64,000 nt of DNA from an uncultured virus (IMG/VR IMGVR_UViG_2579778730_000001). Lineage: Duplodnaviria; Heunggongvirae; Uroviricota; Caudoviricetes. The translations under genes were made by a program, and so were the position numbers. The notes under the pieces were generated by a model that saw only the letters and a list, made by a program, of their open reading frames with translations, was not told the origin of the DNA and did no database searches. The DNA is taken from IMG/VR virus record IMGVR_UViG_2579778730_000001. One strand, given 5' to 3'. Below, one piece after another: positions 57,576 to 64,000 of the stretch (its first letter is position 1; each line of letters opens with the position of its first letter).

Positions 57576-60434
57576 TTAGCCCTCCGCTCCGGTGATTACA
57601 GCAATAACCTGAATGTAGGGCTCTTTTTCGGTGGTCATGGTGTCCTCAATCCATTGGATATAGCTGTCAAAATTGTGTTCGATTTCGCGCTGACGTTGTT
57701 CTTTGCGGCTCTTTTTCACTGAAAGCTGCTGTTTATTATCGGCAAAATCCAGTTCCAGTTGGCTCAGCTGACGCCCACGCAGAACGTCCAGCTTTTGCAG
57801 ATGTTCACTGAGTTGCTGATTGATATGCTCCTCAAAAGCATTTCGATCGTGAACAAACACATCCCGCGCATGGGCGATTGCCGCTTCCAGCAGAACCTGC
57901 TGGCGTTGGTGGTTACGATCTTTACCACCACTGTTAGTCAATTTGCTTCTCAATTGCGGATGTCGTTTCAGAAACTCAGCAAAAGGCAGGCTACCGCTTA
58001 ACGTTTCGTGGTTAAAGCTCACCACCAGCCACGGATTCACCATCGGGTGCGACTTACGGTTCGGGAACAGCCCGGAAAGGATGAAGTGATCTTCATCAGG
58101 CTCAAACAGGTGCGGCAGGCGCATCACCGGAGCCTGGTGGCGACCAAAGGCGGACTGAATTTTGTCGTCTAACCACTGCACGACCGGGTTAATTTGCCAG
58201 AGATACTGCACATCGGGCCAGGCATGTTGCTCACCACGCGCACGCGAAATTGATTCCGTGATAACGGTTTTGTCCTGGCTTAGATAAAGCTGCCAGTTTT
58301 CCGGCGCAATTTCCAGCGGTAACTGGTTAAAGCGACGGCGTAACTCCTCCGGTGCGACCAGCGATAAGGTGTTATCAGGTAAGGTATCGTATTGCACGGT
58401 CTGACCGCTGGCCTTCAGATAGCCCAGCGCTTTTTCGCAGTATGCCTGCTCATTAGCAAACAGGCTAATGTCGCTTTCGGTCACGGCTGAGGCATCGTTG
58501 GACACTGCGCTGCAGATTTCGCCAAACAGGTCGTTTCCAGTATTTTCAGTGACATTGCTATTCAACAGATCATCGAACAGGCTGGCACCATCGTCCTGCA
58601 TCATGAATTCAGCAACCTGCTCTTCTTCCTCTTCCTGCGTAAATTTGCCAGTAAATTCGGAGCTGTCACCGATATTCTTCTGCGCCTGTTCGTCTTTATT
58701 GATCAGCACTTCCAACACACGCATATCACCGTTGATCTGCGGTTCACTGGCTTCAGTCAGCAAGTAACGGATCTGTGGCTGGTGTTTTTGTCCGTAGCGG
58801 TCAATACGTCCGTTACGCTGCTGGAATACCATCAGCGACCACGGAATATCGAAGTGAATCATTTTATGGCTGAGGTGATGCAGGTTGATACCTTCAGACG
58901 CCACATCCGAGCAGATGAGCAGGCGTAGCGGAGACTGGGTTTTGCCAAACGCTTCGACGGTTTCCATCAGAACTGTATCGCCCTGATCGCCTCGCAACGT
59001 GGCAATTTGATCGTCTTTCAGCTTGAGATCGGAACGCAGTTGCTGCCCAAGGAACTCGAGCGTTTTGATACTCTCGGTAAAGATCACCAAACGATCTTCT
59101 GTGTTATTCGCTTTCCAGCGGAGATCGTTACGGATGGTCTCCAGCAACAACTGATACTTGCTGAACTGACTGGCATCAATATTATTGAGCGCCAGCAGCA
59201 GTGACTCTAATTCGTTAATCTGGCTCTGACTGTTTATTTCTTTGCGGTTCTCAAGCCGCTTCAGGCGGTTAGCCACCACGCTGGCACATGCCATTGGACT
59301 TGAGAACAACGCTTTTTCGAGCGCAATTTTGAACAGGCGGCCTTTGTTTGATTGCGAGTCTTCATCATCGTCGTCACGGAACTGGCTCTCAACCAGCCGA
59401 CGATAAGCTTCTTCTTCGGCCCCGGTTGCCGGGTGCGTGAGTTTGACGATATTACGTTCCGGAAACTCGCCAGCCATCTGATCTTTCACGTCTTTTTTGA
59501 AGCGACGCACAACCAGATTTTTATCGGCAAAATCGGCGTATTCATACTCTTTCGGATTAGCAATGGCCGTCGGGTCGAGCATATTCATCAGGCTGGCAAA
59601 ACTTTCAGCCTTACCGTCATGCGGCGTGGCCGAGAGCATAATCAGCGTATCGCTGCGTCCGGCAAGCAATTTTGCCAGTTTGCTGCGCAAGGAGCTGGTC
59701 CCACGTTCAGCGACGTTATGCGCTTCATCGATAACAATAATATCCCACCAGGCATTTTCCAGGTGGTGGCGATATTCGATGTCCTGTTTCAGAGTATCGA
59801 TGGAGATAATGGTCTTATCGAAATAGTGAAACGGGTTGTGGTTGGTTGGGATACGGTTACGCACCTTTTGTAAACCAGCGGAATCAAGCCGCGTCAACGG
59901 AATAGCAAAACGGCTCCAGAACTCTTTCTGGAATTGCGTGAGCATGGATTTAACCGCCAGCACCAGAATGCGTTTGCCACGTCCGCGGCGAATCAGCTCT
60001 GAAACCAAGATACCGGCTTCCAGCGTTTTACCCAGCCCTACCGCATCAGCAATTAATATCCGCTGGCGCGGCTGCGCCAGTGCCATGCGCGTGGGATCGA
60101 GCTGAAAGGGCATGGAATCCATCGCAGCCTGATGTCCAAAATGGACTTTGCTGTCAGTCGGGACGCGTTGGCGTAGCTGGCTCTCTATGTACAATTGAGC
60201 CGCCTGGTAATTGGCTGACTCATCTTCCACCAGATTTGTTTTTGCTGGATCAAGAATCTCGACTTTTTGCTCCAGCTTTGTCAGAAATAGCCCTTCTTTA
60301 CCGCGTACCAGCTCCGAAATTCCATCACAGGTCAGCAGGTGACCACCATCTCCGCTGTCATCCGCCCGGCGAATGCGCCACTCTGCATCACGAATAACCA
60401 CCCGCATCCCAGGTGCATAATTTTGCTTATTCAT
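57576..60434 (-). CDS. SNF2-family helicase (DrmD/BrxHII-like)
   Basis: IADAVGLGKT, DEAH, LSATPH, SEGINL, QRNGRIDRYGQ. Confidence 0.9.
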   Translation of the reverse strand: MNKQNYAPGMRVVIRDAEWRIRRADDSGDGGHLLTCDGISELVRGKEGLFLTKLEQKVEILDPAKTNLVEDESANYQAAQLYIESQLRQRVPTDSKVHFGHQAAMDSMPFQLDPTRMALAQPRQRILIADAVGLGKTLEAGILVSELIRRGRGKRILVLAVKSMLTQFQKEFWSRFAIPLTRLDSAGLQKVRNRIPTNHNPFHYFDKTIISIDTLKQDIEYRHHLENAWWDIIVIDEAHNVAERGTSSLRSKLAKLLAGRSDTLIMLSATPHDGKAESFASLMNMLDPTAIANPKEYEYADFADKNLVVRRFKKDVKDQMAGEFPERNIVKLTHPATGAEEEAYRRLVESQFRDDDDEDSQSNKGRLFKIALEKALFSSPMACASVVANRLKRLENRKEINSQSQINELESLLLALNNIDASQFSKYQLLLETIRNDLRWKANNTEDRLVIFTESIKTLEFLGQQLRSDLKLKDDQIATLRGDQGDTVLMETVEAFGKTQSPLRLLICSDVASEGINLHHLSHKMIHFDIPWSLMVFQQRNGRIDRYGQKHQPQIRYLLTEASEPQINGDMRVLEVLINKDEQAQKNIGDSSEFTGKFTQEEEEEQVAEFMMQDDGASLFDDLLNSNVTENTGNDLFGEICSAVSNDASAVTESDISLFANEQAYCEKALGYLKASGQTVQYDTLPDNTLSLVAPEELRRRFNQLPLEIAPENWQLYLSQDKTVITESISRARGEQHAWPDVQYLWQINPVVQWLDDKIQSAFGRHQAPVMRLPHLFEPDEDHFILSGLFPNRKSHPMVNPWLVVSFNHETLSGSLPFAEFLKRHPQLRSKLTNSGGKDRNHQRQQVLLEAAIAHARDVFVHDRNAFEEHINQQLSEHLQKLDVLRGRQLSQLELDFADNKQQLSVKKSRKEQRQREIEHNFDSYIQWIEDTMTTEKEPYIQVIAVITGAEG

Positions 60435-60623
60435 CGGTTTTTCTGTCTGTATGAGGCAGTGGCGGTAACACTATCCCGAGCGATGTGGTGCGGCACACTG
60501 CGATAAAAAAGAGGGCCTTAAAGATAACATGAAGGGCAGCGTCAGGGGGATAAAATGGAATGTAATGCGCAGAAATCACGCATAAATTTCAAACAACGAT
60601 AGTTAAAAAGTGAGCTGGGTCAA

Positions 60624-60650
60624 CTCCCCCACACTGAGTCGGTGGGGGAG
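60624..60650. terminator. GC-rich hairpin after the DruE-like gene
   Basis: ctcccccac...gtgggggag, a few nt past the stop; U-tract weak. Confidence 0.5.
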
Positions 60651-60657
60651 AATTCGT

Positions 60658-63600
60658 TTAGCCTGCGATGATATAACTCTTCAATCCATTATCCGGGGCT
60701 ATAACCAATGCCCGGCATGTTGCCAGGCGCTCGACCTGATTCGGTATTCGTCCTGAAAAATCGAAGAATGTGTCACCTGTACAACGCCAGTAACTCAGTC
60801 CCATATCGAGCAACACATAATGTTCACTGCCATCGCTGAAGGTCACGGTCAGTTCACGTCCGTGATCGGTGTTCTGATTATCTCCTGCTAACCATGAGAT
60901 TTTCCCTGACCAGGCTGGCCCAAGGTAGCCCTCTTCCAGCAACGTGGTCATAACTTGCTGGCGATCCTGCTCATCAAGCCATGCGTTATAGAGTGAATCG
61001 TGTTGGCGAGAACTGTACTCTAACTTTTTAACTGAAACAGTGAGTTCGGCACGTTCTGCCAGCCCCTGTTCAACCAATTCCGTCAAAATTTCACCTAACA
61101 AACGTACAGTAAATGGGCTATTGAGATAACGATCACTATAATGGACGTGAGTAATTTCGCGTCCATTAGTAAAAACCTTCTTCCAGCCAGCATGCTGCTG
61201 AGCTATCAGTGCCCAGAAACGCGAACCAAAACCTTCCACCTGACCGTCAAGTTGTTGGCTGAGATTGATGCGTACCGCCCCGGCGGGCAATGCTGGCAGT
61301 AAGTCTTCTGCACTCAAAGTCTGACCCGAGAATGTTTTTCTGGACGCCCCTTTAATCGTCACTACCGGCGATGCCGAGCTTTGTCCCCATAATTCACCGG
61401 GCGAAACGGTGGCACTGTCGGCAGCGGCCCACTGTTGGGTTTGCCCCTCACGAGTGACCTGTGCCAGTAAGTGCCCATTCCCTTGCACAAGTTGCGCAGT
61501 GTCTATAGATTTCACTTGCAAGCATTCACCCGGTATCGCCGCTAGCGCGGAAAGCTGATGTCTGGTGCTATCAGCTAAGTTTTCCAGCTGCGTGGCAATC
61601 AGCAACTCAACATTGCCCCCAGAGGAAGCAAACTGGAGTAACTCTTTAAATAATGGCCATTGCGCAAAACTCCACTGTTCCTGCGACCCAGCAAGAACCA
61701 ACGAGCAAGAATCATAAACCTCGCTGTTCAGGCATTGCGCAATACGCAAACTGAGTGGGTTGGTTTCAACCCGACTACTTTCTCCGAAGTACTGATATTC
61801 TGGCGCGAGATTAAGCCGCTGTAGACGAAGATTAGTGAGCAGGGTTAATGCCTGGTGACGATCTAATTTGCCGACATAATGCTGACTGTCGTAGCTGAGC
61901 AAGCAGTGGTGGCAGAATTTATCACAGCTGCAATCGAGCAATTTTCTGGCGTAATTAAAGACATCCGACCAATTATCGATCAATTGCACTGCATAACCCG
62001 CACCACCAGCATTATTATCGTAAATAAAGATAGAATATCCAGTGAAGCCATCGATATCGCGCGCTTGCTGTGTCGTCACGCCCAGCTCAGTATTTTCGAT
62101 ACCCAATTTATGCGCTAATCCTTCACGCAAAGCAACCGCAAGGGAACGCGCGGCAACATCATCCCTGATCAGTAAGCCACTATCATCACTGAGTTGCAGC
62201 TCAACCATATCTGTACGGCTGCTATATCCCAACCACAGATCTTTATGAACATGACCGTGGCACAATTTATTGTTCCCCTGCCGATCATTACTACCGCCTC
62301 TCAACAGGTAGTGTGTATTTTCCTTCTCCGGGTTCTTTAGATTCTCCGGAGTACGCTGGGGCTGGGTTTGAGATTCTGCCCGGCCACAGGAAAGACAAAT
62401 TGCGTAGCCATGACCAAATTCACCCTCACTAAAGTGGAACAATTCCCCGCTATGACTAAAACGGTAACGTCCGAGTCCAGCATCGGGTAAGGAGACCCAT
62501 ACCGAAGAAGGTACAAGAACACGAGGATCTTTCCAGGGAAGTTGCGCAGGCATGGATACATCATTATGTGCCTGATAACGAATGTCTGTCGCGAAACCGA
62601 CAGGCTGTAAATGCCGCTTCACATCAAGCTGCTGTATATCTGCCTTGCAGTGGCAACATTCGACAGGCCGGGTGGCGCTGGTCGCTCCCGCGCCGCATTT
62701 ACGGCAATGCCAGAACCACGGAATATGATGATCGCCAGACAGCTCCTGCCCGCTGGCAAGTACTTTACCAAGCATAATACCCGAGGAACGATATACTTTT
62801 CCGCCCAATACCACATCAGCACCAGGAGCATATTCACGTAATGCTGTGGGCAGGTCACGGCTGGGCAGTTTTTCAATGCGGCGAGAAAAGTTTTCTCCCC
62901 CTTCATTAGGGTCAGCCTGAGTGGCTTTTATTGCGCGACGTCTTTCCAGTTCATCCGCAGTCAGATAATTGAAATTGACCACGCCAACCGGGAAACCATG
63001 ACCCGGCAGGAACGCTTCACTGATGAGTTTAGAAAACAGATAAGCACCGCGATAATCACGAAGCTGATAAGTGATTGCTTTGCCTGCTGGCGTTTCTTCC
63101 CACGCGCTGTTATCTGCTTTCAACGCTTCGATGTTTTCCAACAGTATGGCAAGTTGGCTTCTCCAACGAGTATCAACCAGCTGCATCATCGTTTGCGTAC
63201 GAGTCAAGAGCTGTGGCGGCGTCAATGACATCAGTACAGTTCCCTGGGTAAGGCGTTTAAGTTTATCCGCCAGCTGATCGGCCTGATGATTTAACCAATG
63301 GAGAAAACGAAGACACTGGCTCTCATCACCTTCAAAGAACCATTTACAACTCAGTTTTGTCGCATCAGGAACTTCAGCCCGTAAAAACGCACCTAAAACC
63401 AATGCGTTAACATGCCGCTGAACAATACTACTGCTACCAAAACGAACCCGTGGGGCACTCGCAACGGTGTTGAACGCCCAGAGAGGGTCTTTGAATACCT
63501 CCATTCCATGCGCGGTGTTTTTACATAACGTAATGGCGGCAGATGCGCTTTCACCGCGACGGCCAGCACGGCCAGCACGCTGCAAATAATTCGCCGGAGC

Positions 63601-64000
63601 CGGAGGAACGTTATTCATCGCGACCAAACTCATACCACCAATATCCACGCCCATTTCCATGGTCGTGGAACAGTTCAACACATTGACTTTCCCTGCTTTA
63701 AATTGTTTTTCATTAAACTGGTTCTTCTCTGGTGTTCGCTGCGCTGAGTGTTCCTCCAGACGATACCAGCTATCTTTCAGGGCCAATCGATCACTGCGAG
63801 TAGACCATACCCCCTCCTCCCGAGCATGTTGAATGCGTTCATTACATTCCAGCCAGTTCAGGCGCTCTTCTCGCGCCATTTCTCCACCACCAGATAAACG
63901 CCAGTGACGCGCAGGAAGCTCAGGCATTTCAATCAATACAGCTTTTTCAGGTGCTATCTCTTTGCTACCTGGTAAATACGGAGAATAACCCAATAAAGTG
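60658..64000 (-). CDS. C-terminal half of a DUF1998 DEAD/DEAH helicase, Druantia type III DruE-like (5' end outside the window)
   Basis: EHSAQ, CSTTMEMGVDIG, QRAGRAGR, YDNNAGGAG, CSCDKFCHHC, C-terminal DRYL...HGREL domain. Confidence 0.8.
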   Translation of the reverse strand, partial: TLLGYSPYLPGSKEIAPEKAVLIEMPELPARHWRLSGGGEMAREERLNWLECNERIQHAREEGVWSTRSDRLALKDSWYRLEEHSAQRTPEKNQFNEKQFKAGKVNVLNCSTTMEMGVDIGGMSLVAMNNVPPAPANYLQRAGRAGRRGESASAAITLCKNTAHGMEVFKDPLWAFNTVASAPRVRFGSSSIVQRHVNALVLGAFLRAEVPDATKLSCKWFFEGDESQCLRFLHWLNHQADQLADKLKRLTQGTVLMSLTPPQLLTRTQTMMQLVDTRWRSQLAILLENIEALKADNSAWEETPAGKAITYQLRDYRGAYLFSKLISEAFLPGHGFPVGVVNFNYLTADELERRRAIKATQADPNEGGENFSRRIEKLPSRDLPTALREYAPGADVVLGGKVYRSSGIMLGKVLASGQELSGDHHIPWFWHCRKCGAGATSATRPVECCHCKADIQQLDVKRHLQPVGFATDIRYQAHNDVSMPAQLPWKDPRVLVPSSVWVSLPDAGLGRYRFSHSGELFHFSEGEFGHGYAICLSCGRAESQTQPQRTPENLKNPEKENTHYLLRGGSNDRQGNNKLCHGHVHKDLWLGYSSRTDMVELQLSDDSGLLIRDDVAARSLAVALREGLAHKLGIENTELGVTTQQARDIDGFTGYSIFIYDNNAGGAGYAVQLIDNWSDVFNYARKLLDCSCDKFCHHCLLSYDSQHYVGKLDRHQALTLLTNLRLQRLNLAPEYQYFGESSRVETNPLSLRIAQCLNSEVYDSCSLVLAGSQEQWSFAQWPLFKELLQFASSGGNVELLIATQLENLADSTRHQLSALAAIPGECLQVKSIDTAQLVQGNGHLLAQVTREGQTQQWAAADSATVSPGELWGQSSASPVVTIKGASRKTFSGQTLSAEDLLPALPAGAVRINLSQQLDGQVEGFGSRFWALIAQQHAGWKKVFTNGREITHVHYSDRYLNSPFTVRLLGEILTELVEQGLAERAELTVSVKKLEYSSRQHDSLYNAWLDEQDRQQVMTTLLEEGYLGPAWSGKISWLAGDNQNTDHGRELTVTFSDGSEHYVLLDMGLSYWRCTGDTFFDFSGRIPNQVERLATCRALVIAPDNGLKSYIIAG

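Larger units (their letters stand above)
30627..64000. mobile_element. CP4-57/CP4-6-like integrative island with defence cargo; integrase end beyond the right edge
   Basis: yfjP-yfjQ-yfjR-ypjK-yfjS-yfjT...klcA-radC-TA backbone abutting the tRNA 3' end. Confidence 0.8.

Noticed and set aside
44190..60434. Canonical BREX, DISARM or type I/III R-M assignment
   Set aside because: No PglZ/BrxC, no separate DrmB/DrmC, and no HsdS/HsdR or Res-Mod layout
38000..64000. Plus-strand ORFs within the defence cluster
   Set aside because: Antisense shadows of the long minus-strand genes with no recognisable features
1..64000. CRISPR array, retron/reverse transcriptase or rRNA
   Set aside because: No regularly spaced repeats, RT motifs or rRNA-like sequence seen on manual reading; short ncRNAs could have been missed

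Overview
Enterobacterial chromosome window holding two mobile elements stacked at one tRNA-Ile2(CAU)-type attachment site. (1) About 1-30626 is a nearly complete HP1/K139-type (P2-family) temperate prophage. It carries integrase, a 186-type CI/Apl/CII switch, a rolling-circle Rep with its ori, a LexA-controlled gene, an Ogr-type activator, and head, lysis and contractile-tail genes. Several AT-rich accessory genes are present. One is a DUF4760-like membrane protein preceded by an unannotated 12-codon peptide and a terminator. The left att lies outside the window. (2) About 30627-64000 is a CP4-57/CP4-6-like genomic island. Its backbone is cbtA/cbeA, DUF987, radC, klcA, DUF905, yfjT/S, ypjK, WYL yfjR, DUF932 and a GTPase. 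After an IS3/acuI deletion scar comes about 26 kb of co-oriented, helicase-rich candidate defence genes in three modules: a three-gene unknown/PLD/SNF2 module, a four-gene SNF2 - adenine MTase - DUF1998 helicase-nuclease - RelE/UvrD operon whose MTase has a swapped AT-rich specificity region, and a Druantia-III DruE-like helicase running off the right edge. Family assignments come from motif reading and recall, not from database searches.
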